This document shows, in pieces, positions 12,990-25,491 of a DNA stretch of 64,000 nucleotides. Position 1 is the stretch's first letter. Every line of letters starts with the position of its first letter. The translations under genes were made by a program, and so were the position numbers. Origin of the DNA: Nageia nagi (Eukaryota > Plantae > Pinophyta); the NCBI GenBank assembly GCA_050084985.1, contig JBITNC010000001.1, positions 203,298,001 through 203,362,000 of the forward strand. The letters are read 5' to 3'. Below the pieces are notes generated by a model that was not told the origin of the DNA, searched no databases, and worked only from the letters and a program-made list of their open reading frames with translations.

Positions 12990-14820
12990 TACCATCATCC
13001 ACCCTCAAAGCTATTGAGAAGAATATGGAGACCTCTTGCACTATCTCACCATATATTGAGATGTCTTTAGAACTATCCCCTCTATATATCTAGTCCTATC
13101 ATATGGATGGGAGGTTTCATGTGATGATCTCATCGCATGAGTACTCTTGGAGGCATTATGTGTCTTATGTATCCCCCAAGTCCTAGAGGTCCTACTCAAT
13201 AAAATTGAAATGATGTATGGTAGTGGAATCTCCCTCCATATGAACTCTACCTCATAGATCATAAAACTCCTATGTTGTCTCTCTAACTGATAGCTCAAGC
13301 TCATCATGGTCTAAGATATCGCTAGCTTTCTTTGATTAGGGTTAGTACTATTTAGATGCCTAGTCTCTAGCCTTTATCTACACTCTTATGGATGATACTC
13401 TATATATTATACCTATTGATGAAGCTCTACATCATAAAGCTAACTCTCTTGCTTATGCTACCTACTCTACTCTAGGCTATGCTCTTGCTCTACTAGCTAA
13501 TGCTCCATGTCTACTATTTGTGCCTTTGTTACCACCAATCTAAAATTAGCTATCCCTATAGGACCTTCCTCATCATGCTAGGGAGACATCTTCTCACATC
13601 TAACCTATCTTTCTAGGGGCTCATCATCATTCTCCTTATCCTCTTCCTTAACTGACTTAGGATGTTGAGTAATCCTCCATCTAGTGTAGGCCTTTATGAA
13701 AATTACATCATCCTAGTCTTCAACCTCCTCCTCATCAGTGTTTGTGACTAGGTAGGTCTTTTGGTACATGAGATGAGGCTTCCTATATCTACCATTCAAC
13801 CTATTTTATACCATCAAATCAATAGGTACATATTGTATCTATATAAAGTGGCTGAGCACTTGATGGTACTTAAAAAATTCTATCTAATCCCTATGGATAA
13901 GTACCCATCTTATTCATCTAGTACAAGCTAGCTATATCCTATCCTCATACCAAGCTAGTCCACCCCTGTATGGCCTCTAGATTATGTTTTTGGGTTGTAA
14001 TATCCTAAATATATCCTTGAAGTAAACCACTTGATCACCTCTCATGCATCCAATCCTAGGCTCATGGTGATATCCCTAGTGCATCATGTAGGGATACTCT
14101 ATGCTAGGCTCCTTAAGAGAAAGAGCATCCTAAGCATGCACATAATAGTATAAAACTATTGGTCATACCACTACTATATTCTTCCATTCTTGCACCTATA
14201 GAAATAGTGAGTAGCATGTCCCTATGTAGACCCCTATTCCATCTCCTATAGCTCATGGTAGAGCTAACCTAGGAAGTTTGGTCCCCATGTGAATACCTAA
14301 CCTTCCTCCCATATCTCCTTCAAACCTTGATAGAGTTTTTAGGGGAATTTGCATCCTAAAGTGTTGGTAAAATAAAGAACATGATGATCATCATCAGAAG
14401 CATGTTAATCCATCTATGATCACAAAATTGTATGCATGATCATATTAGAATCCTTCTTTATCATATCATAACATATGATAGGGATGACCAACTATATTTA
14501 TGGCTAATATGTATCTCCACACCTTATCTAATAACCCAATCATAGGTGAACCCTACATCAAAATCTTGAGAATCTAACAAAAATCCTCTAGGGTCATAGT
14601 ACACTCTCTAGTTGAAATATGGAAACTATTGGTGGAAGAGTCCCATCACTCATACAAGGCTATAACATACCCATAGTTTGCTACAACCTTGTCTATCATG
14701 CTTATATATCCCAAGCCCATATTATGCAACCACATCCATTGTGGTGTTAGTATCTCATGCTAAAGCTATACATAGAGCTTGTGAAACCTATGTCATATAT
14801 ATGTAGAGAGTTTCATTCGA
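12990..14820 (-). pseudogene. Plant mobile domain (PMD, aminotransferase-like/MAIN-like) ORF, antisense in the 3' region of element B
   Basis: Minus strand ~14760-14580 reads ...VIALYE*WDSSTNSFHISTRECTMTLEDF (PMD consensus ALVERW..ETHTFHLP.GE.TITLEDV). Near 14290 it reads FTWG..FLG.LYHEL (cf. YSWG.A.LA.LYR.L). Confidence 0.8.
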
Positions 14821-15699
14821 TTGTTAAACTAAAAAAATAAACTAAGTTAGTCATGTTACCATTTATATGATCTGGTCTATATATAAAAAATCAAACTTGC
14901 ATTTGTAAGTGTTCCAAAAATATTGTTGCCTTCATTGTGATGTTGTCTCTATAGTAAATGGTATATCATCATGTCCAAATATCACCAAGTATATATATTT
15001 TGAATTAATAGTGCTCCAAACTAAATTATGATTCATGTAAGCAAGGTATGTCTCACTTCACATTGGGTTAGGTTATACCTAGCATCAAGGTATTGAAAAA
15101 TATTAAAATTGCATTAAAAACACTTGCTTGCATGGTAAATTTTGTAAACTTCTCATCAATATACATGAGATGCATTTTGAAATTTACAAAAGCATGACCA
15201 CTAATTGTTGGCTTAGGAGAAATCATGCTAATTACTTAGAAGGTACATTTACTTCATAAATTTACAAAGTTGACATTATTCAATAAGCAAGAGTGCAATA
15301 ATGAAACAAAATTTTGTATTTAACAAAGTAATTTTTACAAGAAAACAAAGTTTACATACAACATGAAGTACTATCAAATTTTATATAATTACATTAATTT
15401 AGCAATAAATATACATTTTTTGGTGTAAATCAACTTTCAGTGTCTTATGAAATCAAGCAATGAATTATAGAAGTTACAATATCCAACTTAAATTTTTTTT
15501 TTACAAAATTGTAAAAATTACATTTTTTGTAAAAAAATTAATTCAACTTGAAAAAATTGATAAAATTATATAAAAAGTGGTTTAATTCAATTTATAGAGC
15601 ATTAATCTAGGAAATAACCTTACAACAGTACTTAAACATGTAATTTGGAGGTCAAAATCTCAAAAAATGAGCCAAATGGGGCCTAAAATGGGTTACACG

Positions 15700-15795
15700 C
15701 TAGGCACAATATGCCTAAGTCTAGGCATGGTGTGCTTGGTAGCTTGTTCCCTAGGCATAGTGCACCTAACCTTGGGCATGGTGTGCTTAGCTTGG
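15700..15795. repeat. Four ~20-bp quasi-palindromic repeats
   Basis: ctaggcacaatatgcctaag, ctaggcatggtgtgcttgg, ctaggcatagtgcacctaa, ttgggcatggtgtgcttag. Confidence 0.7.
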
Positions 15796-17329
15796 GGTGC
15801 AAATTTAGATCATTCCTATGATCTAAAAGGTTTAAAATTGCATAAAATCATAAAAAATGATCTATTTTTCATGAAACAAGATCAATGAGTACCTAATTGG
15901 GACAAAAAACTAGGTGGGTTCCTATTAATTTTACAATTTGATGCCCATATTTGGAGATATTTGCAAAATTTGAAACTATAAATCCTTGTTTCATGTCTTT
16001 TTTGTGGAAAAATCATATTTTTATTGGAATCAATTGATTTTTTGAGAATCTAGTTCCATGGATAGGTTATGCATGGTAAAAAAAAAGGTGGGTATCAAAT
16101 GGATTTTGAATCCAACCCACCTTTGTACATAACAAGCAAAAAAGCATGTTAAACCCTCTTGTTGGCCATTTTTTGGAAGTGAAATATCTTTTGATTCGGT
16201 TCATTTTAGAAGATTCTAATTTAGGGGATTATTTTCTCTCATCTAAATGGCTAGTTTATGTGTTTTCATGGCCATATTGGGGCAATTTGGATTTTAATAA
16301 GAAAATGCACAATTTTACACTCTTTTTTTACTAAAATACATTAAAAAATTCAACAATTACATAAAAAATGGGTAATTTGCATTTTCAAGCCTACCTCGCA
16401 GAGTTGACTAATGACTTTTGAGCTAGAGGTGCATTATTCACTACCATGTTGATCGATTACTCACTTTCCATAAAAATTCCAACTTGCACATGTAACAAAT
16501 GAGGTAAAAAATGGCATTTTTCTTACTTATTTACCCCTTTTTACTCTTTTTTAATTCAAAGTTTAACTTTTTAGCTAGTGAGTGGGCTCACACTTATGTA
16601 AATTTGTTCAAACTATATTTTTGATCCCATATTGTATTTCAAAATTATATTAGGGTAACAAAACAAAAGTGAATGATAAAAACATTAAATGTTCAAAATT
16701 TTCATGAATTATCACATACAAATATTACTTATTCCTTATAACTTCTTTTCACCATGGATATGTCTCTTGTAGGTTGTTGTAATAATGGAAGACATCCTTT
16801 GCACCTACATGCAAATCAAGAATGAACTAGCATTGGGAAATGTTTGAGAATAGAGTTTCAAAATAAAAGTTCACCATATTGTCCTAAAAATTAATTAAGT
16901 AAGAAAAATCAAATACATAATATTTAAAATGATGAAAAATATTAACTAAAAATGAAACCAAAAAATTATTACTAGTTGGTAGTCAACCATATCTGATTGA
17001 AATTGTATGAAACCTCCATACATTTAGTATACATATAATTTCTTCATGTTTTGGAGAGTGTTTCAAAATAATATTTATGATTATTTGAAACTCCATCCTC
17101 GAATAGGTTGAAAAGATGCAGCTACTCTTCCTAGAGATCATTCTTCATTAAGAACTAACTAAGAAGGCATGAGAGATTGTGTTAAAATGAATGATAAGTC
17201 AATATTTGATAGAGGGTTTCTACCAAAACCTATCCTTTAAACTAAAAAATGCCAAAATTTGATAGATGATAAAATATTTTACACATTGAAAAGATATATC
17301 ACAAATGCAAATGTATAAAGTACATCAAA

Positions 17330-17844
17330 ATGCAATTGGTTCATCTGCAATTGGAATGCAATCAATTTAGTTACATCTAGAATGTAATAAGTTTGGTTGC
17401 ATCTAGAATTCAATCGATCTAGCTACATATGAAATGCAACTGGTTTGATTGCATTTGAAATGTAGATGGTCTAGTTGCATTTAGAATGCAATCAAATCGG
17501 TATCAATCTAGATGTATCTAAATTGGTTGCATTTAAGATGAAGTTAGATTAGTTGCATTCCATATGTAGCTTGATCGGTTGCTTTTTGGATGCAACTAGA
17601 TTGGCTACATTCTATATGTAGCTAGACTAGTTGCATTATAGATACAGTTAGACTGATTGCATTCTTGATGCACCTAGACTCTCTACATTATAGATGTAGC
17701 CAAATAGATTGCATTTTGAATGCACCTATATCGATTGCATTCTGAATGCACCCAGATTGATTGCATTCCATATGCAACTAGATTGGTTGCATTTAAGTTG
17801 CAACTAAAGTAGTTAAATTTTAGATGCAACCAATTTGTATGCAT
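17330..17844. repeat. 26-bp tandem array (~20 units) of a 21-bp palindrome plus 5-bp linker
   Basis: Units such as atgcaactagattggttgcat-ttaag and atgtagctagactagttgcat-tatag. Confidence 0.92.
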
Positions 17845-18071
17845 ATGGAATGTAGAGAAATGCATGCGTTGGTAGTAAATGGTGCCTCCCATATATTAAT
17901 ATGATGATGACATGTGTATGAATCCATAATGTAATTAATGCTCCCTCTATATATATGCTATATATAGTTTAATTCAATTCATTTGAATAGGTAGCATTCT
18001 ACAGTGAGGAAAGGAACCATAGAAAAAGGGTTTAGAACTTAATAGGGAATATTCTATCAAATAATTAGGTA

Positions 18072-20789
18072 ATGGTGAGTAGCTATAATGGATCTAGAGT
18101 TAGGAGAAAGGGTATTGACTTTAAGTATCACCTAACCAATGATTTGATCCTCCTATTGGACCAAATGGAGGATTTAGGAAAGAAATGGGTGTACAACACA
18201 TCTTTACATGGGTTGATTTATATGTCTAGAATTCCTTTAAAGAATGTGCCGATGGAGAATATTATTAAGAATTATGATATAAATAGCAATTCAGCAACTA
18301 TGACACATAAGAAGAATAATTTTACTTTCTCCTTCAACCCTAAGGACATAACTTGCTTAACTGAATTACTATTTCAAGGAGGAGGGCATATGCATTCTAG
18401 TATACTCATAAATGAAGAAAATAAATGCTACCTTGAGGAGCATTATAATGTAAGTACAAATTTTTTACAAGGTATTAATTCTTGTTGGAATACAATTTTA
18501 TTTTTATAATTTAATTTTTATTCAACTAATTCATTCTAAATATTCAAAATTTTGTCTTTTTTATTTGTAGTGATTTCAAACAAGATGAAAAGAGGTATTT
18601 TGATGTCTTGCATTGAGAATGAATTTCTTAGGGATTGCATGGACTTTTATACTAGTTGATTGATTGTTCAAGGAAAAATATGTGATATGTATTTTTTGGT
18701 AGTATCTTGTCTTATACATTTCTTTGATGGAACTCGATATGATTGGTCTTCTTATATTTCATCTAAAATAAAGAATGAGTTGATTAAAGGAAAAACAAAA
18801 GGTGTGGGAAAGGTACATACCACTAATTTCATTCTTTCCCTATCCTATGATGCATTATTTGATTTGAAGAAAATACCAACACTTACATCACACCATCAAT
18901 TGATTATGAATATAGGTCTATCTCCTATCTAGCTATAGGTTTGTAATATCCTATGCAATTTTAATACAAAAAATTTAAATCTTAATATTTTATCTATTTT
19001 CATAGTATTAATTAACTGCATTTTATTTTAGAAAAGAGTTGATGTTGTGAAGGATAGAAGGGATGCTATTGTGAGAGCAAAATGACCATAGGAATTTCAA
19101 GGAGAATTAGACATAACATCTCAAGCTCCTAATTCTCAAACTAATTCTTAGAAGCATCATAGGACTCATAGACATATGCATGTAATTGATTTTGAGATAG
19201 AAGAAGAGGTTGATGAAGAGGAATCTTCCTTTCCTACTCAACAACAATTGGAAGTGAGACCCATGCAAGAGAAGGATGGTAAATATTAAAATTGTATTTA
19301 GAAACCAAAATCACTTTTTGTAATTGATTAAAATTCTTGAATGCAAATTTGATTGCTAAAATAATAGTTCATGATATACCTCCATTGCAAGTCATTCATG
19401 GATCAAATGTTCAAGCCAATCCTACTACACCATCATCTCAATCATCGAGTAAGAAATTTTTATTAATTAAGTTATTTTTATTATTCTTTTTTATAAAATG
19501 TTTGGTAGATTTAAATATATTGCAATTCATTTTTGTAGGAACTCATCAAAAAATACCTCTACAATAAGGTAAATGCTTATAACCATCACCACCACCACCA
19601 CCACCATAACAAAGAATAAGAGGAAGTGTCCCTTAACTAGGACAAGCACTAGGAATATATCATCTAGAGAGTTTTTAAGTTGATAGTCATATTACTTTTC
19701 CCCATTCATATTTTTAGCCTCAAGGTACCTGATAGTTTGCATAATATTGAGATTGATGATTTGGATGATTCAAAGTTACAAAATATGATTCTAGATTTTC
19801 TTGGCACACCTACTATTGATAGCATATAACTTGTTGAGGCACAAGATGCAATTGGACGGGAGTAGCCTATTTCCAAAGAGTTTAAACCCACTATGATGGT
19901 TGAGAGATAAGAAACACCCTTTACATCTCAAGAAAAGAAAGCAAAATAATTAAGAGATGAAGCTTTGGATTTTAAAAATTCAGTGGATGTTGTAGATTTT
20001 ATGTTGAAAAATGTGAATCAGCCTCTCATTCTATATTTGAAAAATTAATTATATAAGAGAAATGGAAAAAAACTTTGATGCAAGAGATGAATGCTTGGTA
20101 TCAAAATCACAACTAGAGGGAGAAGTTATATGAGATCATTGCATATAACTTGAGTGTCATCAATTCTTTTATGAAAGAGGCAAATGAGGGGAGTTTTAAG
20201 TTTCAAACAAAAAAATTTGATGACATTTTGAACATGGATTTAGATAGGCTGAAAAATATTAATGCTGAAGCCCAGGTTCATTTTAATAAATGGACATATG
20301 ACTAGAAATTACTAAATATATCAAATGCAAAAAAGAAAAGTGCTAATGTAAGTTTTAACAATTAGAATTAAATTTATGATTTCTTGGTATTCTTCATGTT
20401 TTAAAGTTATACCAATTATTTTAATTTTCTATGCAAGCAAGATATGATAATTTGAAAAACATAGTGAAAGTGATGTAACAACATTTCAAAAATGCAAAGG
20501 CCTAATTGCTTGAATTGGTAGAGTAGAGGAAAAATGTTGCTTGACTTCAATAGGAAAATTGAATTTTAAAATTTATCATCCAAGAACATATTATAATATT
20601 CTATTGAATAAGAAAGATGAGAGTAATTTGTCTATGCAATCTAGTAATGTTGATTTAGAGAAAGTAGAGCTTAATCAACTTTTAAAAATGGATTCAATTG
20701 CTATTGACCTACAAAAGGAAAATATATTTTGGAGAGAATAAATTAAAGAGCATGTAGAAGCATCAGCCTTAGAAAAACCATCATCTTGA
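18072..20789 (+). pseudogene. Intron-containing accessory gene with PMD-like N-terminal half and charged C-terminus
   Basis: TATA-like ctatatata near 17947, ATG at 18072. Five AT-rich ~90-100-nt introns: 18472-18570, 18939-19031, 19279-19367, 19449-19538 (GT..AG) and 20348-~20436 (acceptor decayed to AA). Motifs IKNYD.NSNS...F.F.PKDI..L..L.FQG and RYDWSSYISSKI resemble PMD-family blocks; this is a by-eye resemblance. Confidence 0.6.
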
Positions 20790-21389
20790 AGTGAAGGAAC
20801 TTTTTTACTTTTAGTTTAATTATATCATTTTGGAAAATTGGCAATGTGAAAGGCTTGCCATTTTATTTGAAAGACTTATATATAACTTATTATATCATTT
20901 TGAATTTTGATTATGTGAAATTTATTAAAATCATGGAAAGTGGTAATTGATAAATATTTTTGATATTATTATTCTTGTATAGTTTTTGGTTTTTAGTCAA
21001 ATTAGAATATTGATATTATACAACAACATGCATACATCTTGGTCTCAATAACACATAGCTAGATTGGAAGTAATAGCATGCAACCAATTTGGCTACATGT
21101 TGTTGTAGCCAAATCAACATCATGATTAGCTTTGATTTTTGTAACTAAATGGTAATTATTATATCATATCACATCCAATATACAAGTGAAGTGCTAACTT
21201 GTAAAAAATAAAAGTATGATAAAAATATCATGTACAGTTTACAACATGCTAATCATATTGGAAATTAAAGTTAAAAAAGTTATTTATAATTTTATATAAT
21301 CAAATAATAGTTTAAGTTTCAACCTCTATGAAATTAAAATATTTTATACCAACAATAATAGAAATGATTGAAAAAACTAAAAAGAAAAT

Positions 21390-24110
21390 TATGCATATGC
21401 ACTTTCTTCATCATCATCTTCATCTCTCTCATGCATCTAAAATAGTTCCTTTTCCATAATTTGCCAGTAAAAATCATATTTTTGAATTACATTTACTTCC
21501 TTTTTTAGCATCTTTAGCACATTCAATTCTCGATGCTCCTCTCATGTTTACAATCAAATCCCATGTAGAAACAACTCTATCATATGGAAAATTGTTTAAG
21601 GATTATTTATATGTATAAATTTTTAAACATGTTTACAAATTCTTATCTAATTTGTTGTGAAATTTCAATTTGATATAAGCTAAAGCATTGAAAACCCATT
21701 CATCTTCAATAGATCCCAAAATCATAGTTTGACATAATTTGTATAGGTTGAAATATTCACTTATTTGTGTTCGTAATATTATGCTCAAATATAGTCTAAC
21801 CCATAATCTTACTATTGAGTCATTTTTATTTGGTTCACTCAACTTCTTATGTTATTCATACATAGTAAAACCAAATTGGTTTGATTGATATATTAACTAT
21901 TTTTTTCAAAATACCTATAATTTTAAGACCATTGATTTCAACTTGTCGAAAAAAGTGTTTCATGAGATTACTAACATATTTCTTATAAATTGAACTCATG
22001 CAGCTACTATCTATTGACCAAAACTTTGGGTACACAATACTCATTGACTCAACCAAATCATCCTTGCTAAATTGATCTCTTATTTCACTTGACACAATCT
22101 CTGATAGTTTTCATAATTTTTTCTTACATTAGAAATGAGATGATCAAATAATTGTGATGTTATAAGCATTTCTTCTAATCCTTCAACATAAATATCATCT
22201 CTCCTATAATAATAGTGCATTGGGATATATTTATCATGAACACTTATACAAACCTTACCCATGATATAAAATTTCAAAAACTTTTTGGATGTTTCAAATC
22301 AATATCAAATTGCCATGCCTCAAATATATTGCCCATAAAGTTATCCCTACTAAGATACAATTTGTTTAGAACAAGACAAGTGTGTTTTCTTTCCCTTACA
22401 AAATCAAAAATATAAATATGTCTTGTTTGAGCTATCTTCATCACATTATGCATTTCATTTAGCATTGGTATTATTCCACATAAAGTGAGTAACATTTCAA
22501 TATCTATTAACATGTACAATATATCTTTTCTTTTATCAACTTTTGTTCGATTTTCCCACATATACCCACTTAATGAGACATATTCTTCACATACTCTTAG
22601 TGTAGGAAAATACAAATAAATCCATCTAGTATCAATATCGTTAAGAATTTTTTTGCATCCATTAGACTTGTAATGAATTATTGAAATTGTATAATTCACT
22701 TCAAACTATGCACAGAATAAGAATGAATATCATGAACCAATTCCTCTACCTTAGCAACAATTTCAAACTTGTTAACTATATTGTATGAAAGATTCATTCT
22801 ATATGCCATGTAATGAATTGCTATCATGTACAAAGAATATGCTATTTGAAGTTTAACACAAAGTCTATTTTTATTTCCTTACATTATAGATGCACCATTA
22901 GTCCCAACATATATCAACTTCATAGCTATGTCATAATTTTCCATTCTTGCTATTTTGTTTAGAAAACTAACTACAAGATTGCATAAATTTTTCAAATTAC
23001 AACTTTGATATATTTTTTGGATTGCTAGCAAGTGAGGTTTCCTCATGTGTTCAGATTCTTGAAAGGTGTAAACATGTAAACAAACCCAAGAAGTATGATC
23101 AACAATAGTAATAGTACCTTTTCTTGCAAATCCTACATCTCAATAGCTGTAATACTATTTGCAATGTCCCACGCACTACTCTTAAACCAATGGTATTATG
23201 GTAATTTAAAATTTTGTATACCAACAAAATGGAGAAATTCTTTGTATAATGAAATATCTAAAATTTTCTTGCCATTTTTTAAAATTTTAACTACAATAAA
23301 AAATTGTACAATCTTAGCAATTAGATTTCCCTAATTTTCTTTATCCATATGTTGATTTATGGTTCTACCTTTTTCAAAAATCTTCTTTTTTCTATTCATT
23401 TCTTTTTCATACATCATTTAATATTTCATATGAAAGCATTTTGTTTCATCTTTTTGTTTAACCCTTATTCTCTTACCATCTACTTCTTCATACTCATATT
23501 TATTCCCATAATGTTTCTAAATTGTATTATTTTCTTGTTGAATTCTATGTTCCTTTTTTTTTCCCAATTGCAACATACATATATTCATTTCATAGGTTCT
23601 TTTGAACTATTTTCAAGAATTACAAGTTTTATTAAAGGATATGTTCCAACCCATTCATTCTGTAATATTCTACATAAAGTCCATTTTATTTTTCTCTTTC
23701 TATTGAATGACTTCTTGCATGTTATTGAGATCCTTTCTGATTATCATCACTCTTATTAGTAGGTTTCTGCTCATTGGGAGTAATATCAGGTTGATAGTTA
23801 TCTAGCATTTCATCATTAGATATGTCTTATTCAAGAGGAGTGACATCCAATGTATTTTTTGTATTAAAATATTCTTACTTTTAATGCATTTGAAACTATC
23901 TTAGATAAAAAAAATTCAATTTAAAATAAACTTAAAATAATAATTTAAAGTTACACACCTTCTATGATAGGAGTTGGCTACTATAACTTTTTTGGCTGTT
24001 TAAAATATGATAAAATACTTTTAGGTTTTATGGAATTATCTCTTGCTAGACCTCCATTACCCCTAAGCTTTCCATCACTTTTAGGAATGGATGGGATTTC
24101 ATCTGAACTA
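21390..24110 (-). pseudogene. hAT transposase (ZNF862-like)
   Basis: KSILSYFK N-terminus; TTF-type zinc-finger-like W...YP...CC; VGTNGASIM*G (GTDGA); IHYMAYRMNL (CxxH); DTRW; MILGSIEDEWVFNALAYIK..HNKL (hAT dimerisation domain). Intron ~23895-23958. Confidence 0.9.
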
Positions 24111-24802
24111 GATGTAGACAAGATTTTGACCCAGATGTAGAGGAAGTACTTTCGACCTAGGTGTAAAGGAATTGCTTCCAACCTAGCTATAGAGGAATTA
24201 CTCTTGACCTAGCTATAGAGCAAGTGCTCTTAACCTAGCTATAGAGGAAGTGCTCTTGAATCAGTTATAGAGGAAAAGCTTTTAACCCATCTATGGTGGA
24301 AATTATCTAAACCTAGCTATAGTATAAATGCTCCTAACCTAATTGCAATGGAATGCTTTTGATATGGTTGTAATGAAAATGCTTGCTACTTGGCTATAGT
24401 GGAAATGCTCCCTACCTAGTTGTAGAGGAATTAATTCCTACCTAGCTATAGAGAAAATGCTCCCTATCTAACTACAGAGTAAGGCTCCCTACTAGGCTAT
24501 AGGGAAATTCTCCCAACCTAATTGCAAAGAATATACTCATGACTAGGCTATAGAAAAATGCTCCCTACATAGTCACATAAGATATGATCCCTACCTACAT
24601 GTAGAGAAAATGCTATTTACCCAGCTATAGAAGAAATACTCCCTACTTGAATACAAAAGAAATACTACCAATTTGATTGCAGAGGATATGCTCCTACCTA
24701 GGCTATAGTGGAAATGTTTTTAACCTAGCTACAAAGGAAATAATTCTAACCTAGTTGTAAAGATAATGCTTTCAATCCAGATGCAAAGGAAATGTTTTCA
24801 AC
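24105..24802. repeat. 26-bp tandem array (~27 units)
   Basis: Units such as acctagctatagaggaagtgctcttg and acctagctatagagaaaatgctccct. Confidence 0.92.
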
Positions 24803-25437
24803 TAATGAAATAAATTTTTGATGTTACAATTAGGTGTTATGGTATCATCCATATGGGGGAGTTTGATATGTATATATATGCTAACCTATAGGTGGCTATT
24901 TAGGTAGGATTTTTTTATATATATAATTTCAAGGTGAATGAGCTAAATTAAGTGTAGGAAAAAGGGATAATATTTGAAATCATGTTGAAAGGTCAAATAC
25001 ATGGGTCAAGAATACAAATTTTTTTATAAAATTTTGGCTCTAAGGTGGGACCCACCATGTGCTATACTATCCAAATAAAAAAGTGAAAATCCTTAATTAT
25101 AGCCTTGTTTTGCTAATTTGACCCTTAAAATTTTCCTTGATTCCAACTTTTTTTAGTTTTTTAAACCTCAAAGAACACATTGTATAGGATTCAAATTTGA
25201 AAAATACTACATTCAAATTCATATTCATATTTGTTCCAAATTTTTATGCTTTTTTCTACCATGAATGCATTATTTTTACATATTCATTCAAATTGTTCAA
25301 ATTTCAAAAAATTTAAAGTTCAATTTCCAAATTATTCAAATTTTGTTCAATGTTCAAATTACAAATATTTTCTCAACTAAGATCTAATTATCTACATTGG
25401 TTAAACTAAGTCTTTTGTACAAAATACCTAGTCCAAT

Positions 25438-25491
25438 AGGGGCAAAATATAAACACTGAAAAATAGCAATTTTTGAGTAGATAAGTTTTTA
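25438..25491 (+). mobile_element. PPT and start of a 3' LTR (probably element B), apparently interrupted after ~45 bp
   Basis: aggggcaaaa-TATAAACACTGAAAAT at 25448 is a G>A-decayed form of the aggggcaaaa-TGTAGACAC at 2465-2483. Confidence 0.55.

Larger units (their letters stand above)
17330..24900. mobile_element. Two-gene hAT-type DNA transposon (element C); true termini not identified
   Basis: A minus-strand hAT transposase and a plus-strand intron-containing gene converge between two related 26-bp arrays. The unit lies between the PMD ORF and the 3' PPT of element B. Confidence 0.65.

Noticed and set aside
16300-17320. Candidate TIR for element C (gggtaatttgcatttt ~16369 versus gctaatttgaccc ~25111)
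   Set aside because: The match is weak and no TSD could be found, so the termini are left undefined.
23095-23759. Phe/Ile-rich + strand ORFs suggesting membrane proteins
   Set aside because: Antisense shadows of the Lys/Glu-rich hAT transposase N-terminus.
17330-24802. 26-bp arrays as CRISPR
   Set aside because: Units are contiguous and degenerate with no unique spacers; no cas genes; eukaryotic transposon context.
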